DNA of 47,907 nt from Catajapyx aquilonaris (lineage: Eukaryota): assembly GCA_000934665.2 (NCBI GenBank), contig JYFJ02002978.1, forward strand, positions 1-47,907, given 5' to 3'. Each line of letters opens with the position of its first letter. Position 1 is the stretch's first letter. Below the pieces are notes generated by a model that saw nothing but the letters and a program-made list of their open reading frames with translations, made no database searches and was not told where the DNA came from. Of this stretch, positions 24,268 through 35,779 are shown piece by piece. Position numbers and translations under genes: made by a program.

Positions 24268-27200
24268 TTATATGAATAATTGGCGGAAACAGGCAACAAA
24301 AACTGGTGTTGCATTTTCCCAACAAAAGACTGGATGGAAAGGCTAAAGCAAAACCTAGAGATTACAGCAAAAATCCAACAAAATGACATCATAACTCTTT
24401 AAGTGTTGAAATGGCGTAGTGTATACCTAAACTAAAAACATGGAGACAATGTTCACACACACGATGCTGCACCTAACACTTGACATGAATGAGCCAAGTG
24501 CCTTGTTTGTTGCTGGGCAGCAGCTGTAAAAATGGGTTTTCCTCCAGGCCAGACTTCAAAAATAAAGGCAGGTGGTGGGTGGGTTTTCTTGAAGTGGTGG
24601 CCATCACGGGTATTTTCATGGCCCCGAGGGGACAGCAGGGTGACCCTTGACCGCCCAGCCCCTTTGGAGACTATTTTTGGTGAAGGGTGACAGCAGAAAC
24701 TTGGGAGGAATTTATTTGTCCGGAAGGGAAACACCTTTTAACTCTTTCTGGACGTGAAAAGAGAAACGGGATCCACCAGTCCCAAAAGATTCAAAACCTT
24801 TCACTCGTTTTAGTAGCATTTTTGGAATTTGTTCTCACAAGCCTGATAACAACAATGGCCAGAATTTTTGGGGTAGGCACACCTCCACTTTCACATTTCC
24901 AAACTGTGAATGAGCCACAAAAATGGCTGTGCACCATACGCCCTTTTTTTCCCCCAGAGGAATAAACATACTGTGTGTTTGTCAAAATATCTTGCAAGAT
25001 TCCTGCGCTGTAATTTTGGGAAAAGTGTCAGCCGGTATTTTCAAGGAGCGGGGAAAAAAAGAGTACCCGCCCCAAAAACGAAGAGAAAATCCTTTTTCGA
25101 GACAAAAGAACAGGAGGATTTTGGGAACACCGCTTGTAAAAGGAGAGAGAGTCTTCGCCTTTGGCTTGGTTGGGCCTCTTTTTCTTCAAAAGTCCAAAAG
25201 GATTGGATTTCTTCTTTCTCAACTCATGCCTCTTTTGTTATAACCAACCCTTTTCTCCAAAACGGTCCGGCGTTTTTGGGGAAAGAACGGGTGTTGGGTG
25301 GGCTTTGGGAGGGGGGACATTTTTCTAGAAAGGTCCTTTTCCAGTTTTCTGTGCGACCTTGTGCATCATAAATCATGTCTGCGTCTGGCAGATTTAGGGT
25401 CCTGATAAGACATGCTCCTACATTTGTGAAATTTTGTTACATTAGCATTACACTAGTTGATACATTTATTTAAAAAAATCTGACAACAAAATTTAGGTTC
25501 ACAGAATATTTCGCAATAGAGCAGGGTCACATTTTGATCTCAATGAGTCCAACTCATTAAGATCGTGACTCAGCAGTTCAGATGTTCAACTGAAGTTAAC
25601 TATTGCATTTTTATGTTAACAAATCGTAGTTACAGAGCAATTGACAATTCGCAAAACCGGTCATAAATCTGGGTATAAACCAAGCCTTGGTCAATGGTTT
25701 GTTGAAGGGTAAGGCCATCAGTAGAGAAAGTGGGGAAAAAATCTATTTCCGGCTTTGCTTCTGACCTTGTGGGCATACTTAGCCTAAAATGTCCCCCGAA
25801 AACATTTCAAAAAAAAAAAAAAAACCCTTTAGGCACTCCTTGTGAGTCATCGAGATAGTGACCCTTCGAGGCAAAGATGCTGACAATTATTTTTCAGACG
25901 CATTTTTGTAGGGGACGCTCGAGCTGGCGCCGGATTGCTCAGACTTTGTGCTTATTTGGTGACGTTTTTGGGGGGAAAAATCTGCCTCGTTTTTGGGTGT
26001 AAAAGGGGGGGGGGGGCAGGGTGGGTGACAGAGGGGGGCTCGACCCCCGCCCCCTGAGCACTTCCCACTTTACTAGAGTCGGGGACTACCCCAGGGGTAA
26101 GAGTGGAGCCCAAACCAAAAGCCATTGTGGTTTGTGTCGGGTGCGCGTGCGGGTCGGTTGTGCAGGTGACCCATCGCATATCTCTCAGCTGATGCTCTCA
26201 TAGCAAGGAAGACTCTTGCGCCGGGATCTCTTGGAGGTAAGGCATTGCAATGCCCAATTAGATGGGTCATTCGATTCCAGGACATGGAGTGCGACAAGGC
26301 TGTTCAGAAAAGTTGCGTCGTAAAAAAATTGAATTATCAAAATCTGAAGGAAAAAAAAGGTTCGCTGAACGATCTGTGAGTTGGATTTAAGCTGACAAAG
26401 ATTGCACTGGAATTTTTTAAAGTTCTACACTGTACACGTCCGTACAGAGAACTTTACTTTTTATGGCAAAAAACTGACTTGAACATCGGAACGTAATGTT
26501 TGAAACCCCGTATTTCACAGAGCCTCGCTCAATTTTGACCAAAATCGTACTGTATATATCAGATCGTCAAGAAATTACGTATTTTTATTTAAAACTTTAT
26601 TCCCGTTTACTGGAATCGGGAAATATAACTACTTGAATGTGTTTTATGCGGATTTATGTCGCACATACAATAACATAATTATGCATGTGTGTGCTGCTCG
26701 CAGGATTTATGAAGTTGCATTTCCCTCGGAAGAATCTAATTCAGTTGACGTCGTTGTCATGAGATTGCTTCCAACCCTTTCGGCTTTTCTCGATATTGAT
26801 TGGCCTCAACAATGCGGTACTGTTGAAACTTATGGATATTACATTGGCTATCGTGAATGGTTTTACCTTAGTTTGCCGTAAATGAACAACACGTACCACA
26901 CAAGACCATGAAGAGCCCGCGGGGGAAAGCTTGGTGCGGGTTTTAAAATGTTATCCGGAATCAGGAAGGATGATACTTTTTTAACGTCCTGAATTTGTAA
27001 TGTTTGTAATTATTATGCATGGCACCAAAAATAACAGCAGAAATCAAGCCATTTCACACGAATTCTGGCTCACTAGGTTCATATTCAGTCATAGCGCTAA
27101 CATACAGTGTTTTTAACAATTTCACCTTTAAGGAAGAATAACAAAGAAAATCATAACTAGAACCAAACTATTGGATTTTAAAATATCTTGTAATGGTTTT

Positions 27201-28009
27201 TTACGTGTTAGGCAGCATGGGTGTTCATACAACATTGATGAAATGTGAAGTAGTTTTTTTGGTAATATGTTCGTCGCTTGCAGGGAATTCCAGGGATATT
27301 TACGGAAAATTACATAATCATTATCGCAATATTTTTAAATGTACAAAATGTACTATCGCGACTGTTAATGCAGTTTGCAAATGGAAAGCATCACTGAAAA
27401 CAGCACGAGCACCGCTTATGAAGTCACATTTTTATCTCACTTCATGAACGCAACTATTCCCACAAATTCTTGTAATTATTGGCATATAAATGGAAAGAAA
27501 GAAAAAAACCCACCCGCGACCAAAAGGAATTGTAATTGAATTTTGACGCAATATAATTGGCTTGTAGTTTTCTCAAACTTTTGTCATAATAATTCTTTAA
27601 ATATTTTTTGTAGTCGGTGCTATAGGAAGTTATCCTGTATGGAAATGTAGATGTTGCCTAGCTTAAATTACATCATTGTTGCATAAGCGAGGTCATAATT
27701 TTACCCGTCCAAACCCGTAGGTGCAGCCGAAATATTGTGGGTGCCACGAGGAAAATACCTCGTAACAATGTTTTCTGTCAAATATTATTCTAGACGCTTC
27801 TTTATGTGACTATATGCAAACAATGCAAGTAGGGCTTTTTAAAAAAACAAGAATAATAACATGTCTCGAGTCAGCTGCTGATGCTCGTGACCCCGTCCGC
27901 TTTCATCACTTTTATCTACTTTTCCTACTCATCTGTTATATTTTTAAAAAGTCATCAGGACAGTCGGGTTGGATCCGGATTTTTATCCTACGCCGTTTGG
28001 GTGATGTCG

Positions 28010-28019
28010 TCAGTCAGTT
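28010..28019 (+). promoter_or_regulatory. Candidate initiator (Inr) of a proximal hunchback promoter
   Basis: Overlapping TCAGTC/TCAGTT arthropod Inr-like motifs near the start of the last GC-rich island before hb. Motif match only. Confidence 0.25.
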
Positions 28020-28927
28020 ATTCACTTTCCAATTGAATCGCCCTTGAGAGGGTTTTTCCCGGTTGTCAAATTACTGCAGCAACAGCAGAAGAGGCGCGTA
28101 ATTTTTGTGTCTCGATGCTTCAAAAACAAGTCGCCTGTCTCCCATATAGGAACAGATGGTTTTGAGCCCGGAAACCCTGCCTTGTTCCGGGTACACACAA
28201 ACAAGCCTGTAAAGTGAAGGCCTCCCACACCCCCTGAACCCTTTTATGGCAACGCGGGTAACGGAATCTCCAAAAAATAAGAATGGAGTTGAACTGCAGG
28301 GGGTGTCTAAACAACTCTCAAGTTGCAATCTCTTCTAACCTTGGACCATCAGGAGAGAAACAGGCAGGTCATTATAGTGGCATGTAAATAGGATTTACGA
28401 CCCCGACAGTTTTATTAGAGTCTATGTACTTCACTACTAAAAATCGGATGAAAGAGATTCAGTATAGTTCCTGGAATAAACATATATTGGGAAACTCCTG
28501 CTGAGAGCAGCAGCGGGCTGAATAAATTTTGGCGGCACGCGAGGTTCCAGAAATGGCAGCCGTTTTCCCCAAAAATAGCATATCCCAGAAAAGGGGGGGG
28601 GCAAATTTGCCCCAAAATTTCACCCCTTTTGTGGTCCTGGCACACGTTCCAGCTGCACGCTTCCTGTTGATTTCCACCCCCTTTTGGCTCCCTTCCTTGT
28701 CAATAAGGAAGCAAACATTTGGGAGGCTACAGGGCAGGTGACAACTAAAGGACCACCCCCCTTCTCCGTTTTTGGGGGACACCCACAAATAAAGAGAAAG
28801 CTTTGCCGAAAAATCCATTCTGTTCGCCAATCACATGTCTTGTTGTCCCTTTGGAAAAGTGGAGGCCAATCCTTGTAACGACCTGATTTTCTTCTTTTGG
28901 CAGGTTTATGACTTTCCCGACCAGCTG

Positions 28928-31684
28928 ATGCTTATTATGACAACGCAGTGTCTCACCATGGTCCCACCACCGCAGTGTCTCAAGTGAGTCTCACTTTTTA
29001 CAGATCAGATGTGAACATCCTGACATGAAGGCAACCCTCATTACAAGGGTGTACACATGGTGGTGAAATCTGCAGGATGTTCACTGTAACACCATCATAA
29101 GTAATTGGCATTGCAATAGTTACTCCCCATCCTAAATGCATCATAAAAACTATAGAAAACCATGAATTTATGGCAGTAAGCCATGAGTGTGCACAGTATC
29201 ACTCTCAGTAGTCCAGAAGTGGGTTAGATAGCCCAAACATTATTATGAACTATTGCGGTATGAGGAAATAATGACGGATTTTGTTTTTCTCTCACAGCAA
29301 CTCTCCTCCTCCTACAACTTCAGCGAGCCTGAATTATGAGGGTCACATGAGCGTGATGACCTCTGGCCTGGAGGAAACCATGAAGGCTGCCCTGGAGCTG
29401 GAGAGGACCCTCCAGAGGGAGTCTCTTCGTGTGCCAACCCCTCCAGATGAGCAGCCCCAGGTCAACCACACTCAACTGCAACCTAAAGAGGAGGAGGAAG
29501 ATGCTGAGATGTCGCCGAAGGAGGACACGGAAGGGGATGATCAGGACAAGGCCTCACAAGGGGACAGTCTGGACAGGGATGAGTCATCTGGGTTTGAGGA
29601 GGTGGAAATGGACTCCCATACTGATCTTCTTGGTGACATGGACCCGCTCAAGAAGCTTCAGGTTGTCTTTGGGTTGGAGGCAGTTGCCAATGGACATCCA
29701 GGACTTATGTTCCAGCAAGGTAACTATGAAGATATCCTGCAACTGTCCCAATGAACATTTTTGAGATACTGGGTCATGTGTGACCATCATGAGCAGCATT
29801 GGTTAACATGTCTTTTATACCTTTTCCAGACCATCTGAAGTGCTCTCAGTGCGAGTACACTTGCCGCCATGAAGCTCACTTGCAGGCGCACATGCAAGAT
29901 GCGCACCAGATGATGCACAGCGGAGAGGACCATCATGACATTGATGTGGCCATACGCTTACCAAAGGTCAACTCTCAGGGAAAGGTCAGTTCATTATAAT
30001 CTGAAGATTCACATGTAAGCAGCATGTCGTACTCTATAGCGTATGCAACTGTTCAATAATAAAAGACAGCAGCAAAGTCACTTCCTATTTGCATTAATGA
30101 CACAGATTTTTTAACAGCTGTAATTTTAAAATCATGATAAGTACAGGCTTCACTTGTTTATGAACAAGTGTTCACGATACTATGTACTGTACTGTAACAT
30201 CACTAATTAATTTCTCTCCCTTCAGATGAAGATGTTCAAGTGTAAGCAGTGCACTTACGTGGCGGTGACTAAGCTTGACTTCTGGTCCCACTCTCGCGTC
30301 CACATAAGAAAGGAGAAGCAGCTGCAGTGTCCGCAGTGTCCCTTCGTGACAGAGTACAAGCACCACCTGGAGTACCACCTGCGGAATCACAATGGGTCCA
30401 AACCCTTCAAGTGCTCCAAGTGCAACTACTCATGTGTCAACAAATCCATGCTCAATTCACATATGAAGTCACATTCCAACGTATACCAATACAGGTGGGT
30501 CTGAGTGCCGCTGTGAAATTCAGTAATGTACATATGGAATAGTTGCAACTAAGTTTTTGTCTGAAAAAAACAATCATTGGTCATTAGTAAGCACATGATG
30601 CTCAGAAAATTCTGCAAATTTGACAATTACATAAAGATATTGAACAAATAAGAATTTCTAAACTCTTGATGAGTTCAGAATTATTGGTGAATTGTGTAGG
30701 AACTGTGCCTTTTGCATTCACATGCTGTATTGAAAATCTAAATTTTTCCAAAAATTTCATAATTACCATTTTTTTTCTCGCAGGTGTGCCAACTGCTCAT
30801 ATGCCACCAAGTACTGCCACAGCCTGAAGATCCACCTGCGGAAGTATGACCACAAGCCAGACATGGTCCTCAATTCCGACGGAACCCCCAACCCCCTCCC
30901 AGTCATAGATGTGTATGGAACCAGGCGTGGGCCAAAGACCAAGAAGCAGGATGGCAGTCACAAGGAGCCCCGTGCCATGCCGTCAATGCCTCCCCAGCAA
31001 TGCCAGCCCATGAATCTGCTTCCGTTTACAGCTCCAGGCCCATTCCCATTCCTGTTCCCAACAATGGATCAGCCAATGCAGCTGTTTCCACCCATGTTTC
31101 AACCGCAGGTCCCTCTTGATCTGCGGAAAGACATGCCTGAAATGCCAAAGATGTTGGGACAGGATATACCTGAGATCCCCAAATCCATTCAAAATGTCCC
31201 TGACCTTCCAAAGTCACTGCGAGATGTGCCCCACCTTTCCCAGCCCCTTGCGCCAACCCCTGAGGCTACTCCGGAATCTGCTGCGGAGACTGCCACTGAG
31301 TCATCTTCCGCACCAAACCGGAACAGGCGCAAGGGTAAGGCATTCAAGTTGGAGCGAATTGCTCAGCGACTGCAAGGTGGTGAAGCCCCGAAGGAAGTAC
31401 CAAAGGAGGAAGCAAAGCCAGCAACTTCTGATTCTGAGGAGGATGCCCCAGCCCTAGAACAAGCTGTGGCCAAGAAGGCACCATCAACATCACCACCTGC
31501 AACTGAGCCCACCCATGATCTCAACTGTCCCTACTGCTTCATTACCTTTAAAGATTTGATTTTGTACTCGATGCACATGGCATACCATTGCTTCAAGGAT
31601 CCATTCTGCTGCAATCGTTGCGGAGTCCGAACCTTGGATCGGTTTGAATTCTTCGCTCACATTGCCCATGCATCGCATCATTGA
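28928..31684 (+). CDS. hb: Hunchback C2H2 zinc-finger transcription factor, ~600 aa. Exons 28928-28983 (exon acceptor at 28904; start codon uncertain), 29298-29719, 29830-29984, 30226-30494, 30784-31684
   Basis: Diagnostic central fingers [69 protein letters not shown] and [26 protein letters not shown]-box [20 protein letters not shown]. Basic box [10 protein letters not shown]. Two C-terminal fingers. GT-AG junctions with matching phases sum to 1803 nt. Confidence 0.97.
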
Positions 31685-31843
31685 TCAACATATCCAGTGT
31701 TGTCTGCTGGGAATTTGGGAGATTCATAAGCGTAGGGAAGTAACAACAGAAGTTATCGTAATCATGATTTTTCTGGCATGATATTCAAATAACATGTCAT
31801 TTTTTTTACATTCTTTTCTGACTCCATATCATCATCATTTTAC

Positions 31844-31851
31844 TGTAGATA
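31844..31851 (+). promoter_or_regulatory. Candidate Pumilio response element in hb 3' UTR
   Basis: TGTAGATA matches UGUANAUA, 160 nt after the stop and upstream of the first AATAAA (32108-32113). Confidence 0.4.
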
Positions 31852-34735
31852 CATAAGAAATGAAAAATATTTGTGAGTGACTGTAAAAAAAAAAATGATC
31901 AAAGAATTTACTGCATTTCAAGGCGTCTATTGACAACTACCATTTTAAAATTAATACTGTAGTTGTGAGAGTGCACTGCATGTTTTGCAGTTTTTATTTT
32001 CCAAAGTGTGTGATGTGTCACCAATGAGTTCCTGAAAAATACGGGTATGTGCAGGCCATCCATAAGTTAGAATTAAAAGTCTTCATTTTTTTTACAGCTA
32101 TGCCATTAATAAAAAATTGCATCGTAGGATGTGCGGATAATTTACGAATCATTATTCGTGTGAACAAGGCAATATGCTGATTTGCAATTAACGAGGATAG
32201 AGCAAGAGACGCCAAATATTTTGTGCTTCAAGCTGATACATTCATGACTGTCGATTTATCACAACTTCCTAAATGAGCAATAACTTATGGATGGCCCCAG
32301 AGACACGATATGGGCTGGTTTGGGTCCATTCCTAGTCACTTTGGTTCTTATTTGCCAAATTTAAAAAGAAAGACTTTTAAAACCAACCAAAGCAATCATT
32401 TAGTGCTGTAGCTTAGTCAAAGTCATTCCATGATTAATGAAAGACTGTTGGAGCTGTACGGGTTTTCTTGTCTCACTTGCGACAATTTAAAAAGACTGAT
32501 CAGCCTTTTTCAGGGAGAGATGAGACTGAATTTTCCTGTAGTATTTATAATGAATTTAGTTGTGAAGTCGTCATTGGCGAGTCTTGAATTTTTTTCTTTT
32601 AACTTTTACCTGAACGGTTTCTAGACTTTCCAACTGTACAGGTAGATGATTAGTTTTACAAGATGGCTTACGAAGAGCTGTAATCAAAAAAATGTGTTCT
32701 CCCCCATACACAACCATTAGAAATGCCTAGTCACCTAGTTTGGGCTCAACAATGGGGGAAAAAAATGTGACTTCATCTGTGTCACAAGTCCTATGTACAT
32801 ATTCAACATGTGCCAATAAAGCAAGTCCGTGAGGTTTCACACGTGTTTCCTTACCCTTACCTAAAAACAACTGGTTTCAGACTTAATTCCAAGCGGCTGC
32901 CAAAAACCTAAGGGTCGATTCAGGGCAGGGTGTTTGGAATTAAACATCAGAATTTTTCACATCGAGTTTATTCAGCTGGTGGGAGTAGTACGTCTCGGCT
33001 ATGGCTGGCTGCAACCTCGACCTAGTCACAGCTCTACAACTCAACACCAGCCGAGCCCATATGCACCACATTCCAGCAGAATTGCCTTACATTATAGCAC
33101 AAACAATCAGTGCTCAAGTCAAGGAGAATATATTACTTCAACAATATAGTGAGGAATTTACACGTAATTTATTGTACAGTACTCGGTGTGGACCAGAAGG
33201 CAGTGTTTTTCAGAATAAGACGCGAGATTAGGATGGAAGCAACATACAGGAAGTACCACGTTTTATGCCGTTAATTGGTTCCAGCTAAACGTAAAACGAG
33301 ACAAAATTGTAATGTAAGTAAATGAGGTTCCAAAATTTCCCAAAATTTTCCATAGGCAGTACTAAAAAAAATTGCTGCTTTTAATGCCGAATATTCGAAA
33401 CACTGATTAATGGGTGGTTCCAGGTTGAGGGCCATCGGGTTCTGAGGGCTCCTTTCCTTATTTTGGCAAGAACTGCGTTGGGTATTTAACAACAGTTAAG
33501 AGTACTTCAGGGAGTGCCGAGACCAACAATACGGTACTGTATTTATCTATAGACCGCCCCCACAACAAGGCACCATGAAAAACAAAAATAGAGCCTTTAC
33601 GGTTGTGTGTTTGCACTCAGAAGTGTTGCAGTGATAAGTTTATGTTTAGATTGTGTTATCATCTTCAAATTTTTCAAAAATGTGCAATAATTTTTTTAAA
33701 AATATAACTCAAACCGGCGTTAATATGAAGCGGCGTAAAATGGAGCAGAGTAAAACGGGTACTTCCTGTTTTTGTATTACCACGTTCACCTTTTCATTTA
33801 GGAATAATCAGTATGCACCATTGCAACAATGGCGAGGGGGAAAAAAATCAGACCAGAAAATATGTGATCGTTTGACTGTGAGGAGTTATGGTCACACAAG
33901 TGACAATTATTTTAATTGGCTATCATGAAATATAAGGCAGCCCTATGCATATGACTATCAACAACAGATATTTAGGTACTGTATTGCACAAATGAAGGGG
34001 GAAAAAAAAAGTGTGTTGAATATTTTGCAAACTTTATGGCATATACATACTAGGTGAAACGAGGGTCGTATCAGCTACAACAGAATATATGGATGGCAAA
34101 TACACGTACTGCATTAAATATCAGGTAAATCTGTGTGCAGATTATATTCATTGCGAAGTCAATGCTCCGAGTGATCAGTTACTATCTCATGTTGATAACA
34201 ACTTTTGAAGTGTACCAAACGCACTTTGTCAGTGTTGCAAATACGATTATACACAAAAATATGCATGGCATTTATATGGGGCGAGAGAAACTACTGTTAT
34301 TCCAAACAGTTATCAACTGTTACTGTACATTTGGTACAATATTATCATAGACAAATTTCCCATAAATTTCTTATGAGAAAGTGTTTGTATTTTGTAATAA
34401 TATTGCTCTTGTAGTATGAAGTGCTGTAAAGTGGCGTTACAACAAATAGGGCAAAAATATAATAGCAATGACTATTCACGAAGCTGGCTCTCAGCTTGTT
34501 GCCTTCGTTAACATGACTAATAGTAAAACGGCCACGTTTCTTGAGTGTGCAACTTCAGGTATATGTAACGTCAAAAGTGTAACACGTATCACCATAAACT
34601 TATCAGGTTTAAAACAAAGATGTTCATGAGGCTAGTCTGCAAGTACGTGGCCTAGTTTTGCCTCATTCCTTTGATACGTCAACATAGCATGAATCGGCTA
34701 TTAATTGCAAAACAACATTTAAACATCTTAATGGT

Positions 34736-35779
34736 TCAAAATAGGACTAGATCATCACCTTGGCTGCCTTTCTGTTCCTGCTCTATGTAATTCAAAATGT
34801 CTGCAGAAGACATAGTGTCGGCATCCACCTTGGCCTTGCTGCTCCTCGGGAGAGGAACTGGACTCTTCTGCTTCTCCTTTGTGCCATTTGTCGTTTCTGG
34901 TCCAAAGACGGTCCTCTCTGACAACTTGGGCCTCGGCAATAGTTGCGGCTTTGGCGGCAGAGATGGTTTGGCAGCTGGTCTTGCTGGACTTGCCTCTTCA
35001 GGGGATGCCTTGGCAGTATCCGCCTCATCTTCAACAATGGCATCAACATCTTCGGTGGGTTCGTCAAGTTCCAGTCCTTCATCCAAATCAAGCCTTCCAA
35101 ACAGACTAGGAGTAGACGAGTTTTCACCAAATAAGTCACCAGCCTCTGGTTTGGATGCGGAGAGTTTTTCAAACAAGCTCGGTGCTGGCAGGCTTGCATC
35201 CAGGCTCACCGCATCGCACTGAGGTACAAGTTTCCCACCCATAAATTTTGACAGCAACAGCGACTTTTCAATGCCATTCAAGGCCGAGAGCATGGAAAAA
35301 GACTGTTGCAAGTAAGACTGTCTTGCTTCGGAGGCACTGCTTCCGGGCTTGAATCCGGGAAACTCTTTCCGAATCTTCTTGAACAGATCCTCGCATTCCC
35401 AGAGCGTCTTGGAAACACGGAGGTGCCCGCAGGTCACTTGGTATTCTGTGGTCGTCCCACCTAAGGGCACTTCAACATCTCGAGGCTGGCCGACTTCAAA
35501 GCGGAAGGGACTGGAAAATATAAATGGTGACAATCAGTGAATAGCTCATATTGTAGCACAATGGGTGGACACAGGCTTGTGAATTTACCACTATTCTATG
35601 TAGGAACGTACTACACAAGGAGGCTCAGTTGATTACAATAAACATGTGAGACACCACGTACTGCGGCAAGCGCACTAACATGTGATGCGTTTAGTGGAGG
35701 CCACCTGAGCCTGCAGAATTTGATGGACCAACCCAAGGCAATTGACACAGCAGGGCATATTGCCTCACCTTTCCTCCAT
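34736..35779 (-). CDS. HS1BP3: HCLS1-binding protein 3-like (N-terminal PX domain, acidic and Pro-rich C-terminus). Exons 35779-35769 (putative start, ATG GAG GAA AG) and 35510-34736
   Basis: PX-like N-terminus (EYQVT...VSKT..E.E.LF.KI...F...R..YL....LL.KFMG). Pro-rich KPSLPPKP. C-terminal MSSADILNYIEQ...LVLF resembles the HS1BP3 'DIL.YI...LF' tail. A phase-2 donor AAG|GTGAGG matches the phase-2 acceptor TTTTCCAG|T. Confidence 0.75.

Larger units (their letters stand above)
7300..28900. promoter_or_regulatory. Large gene-free upstream region of hunchback, probable cis-regulatory domain (may include non-coding 5' exons)
   Basis: No ORF with recognisable protein character. Lies directly 5' of hb. 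Modular G/C-rich islands alternate with AT-rich, MITE-bearing spacers. Confidence 0.55.

Noticed and set aside
26035..26050. B-box-like GGCTCGACCCC (also GGTTCGA near 47744) as tRNA/SINE
   Set aside because: No A box or cloverleaf could be built.
14146..27465. Scattered Su(H)-like TGTG[GA]GAA sites
   Set aside because: About five dispersed matches, near chance expectation, with no paired arrangement.
25246..28244. Three Kruppel-like AACCCTTT octamers and many Hb-like poly-T sites
   Set aside because: Homopolymer-rich composition makes such matches likely by chance. They cannot be supported without statistics.
7188..28878. Dozens of 60-200 aa ORFs upstream of hb
   Set aside because: They overlap on both strands, are rich in K/F/G/P from homopolymer runs, and show no domains or coherent splice structure. 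This is the expected by-product of GC-rich islands.
31699..31720. GUUGU just after the hb stop as a Nanos response element
   Set aside because: No box B (AUUGUA) at the expected spacing.
34792..35222. Alternative-frame and antisense ORFs within HS1BP3 (similarly within hb)
   Set aside because: Shadows of a GC-rich coding exon with no independent support.
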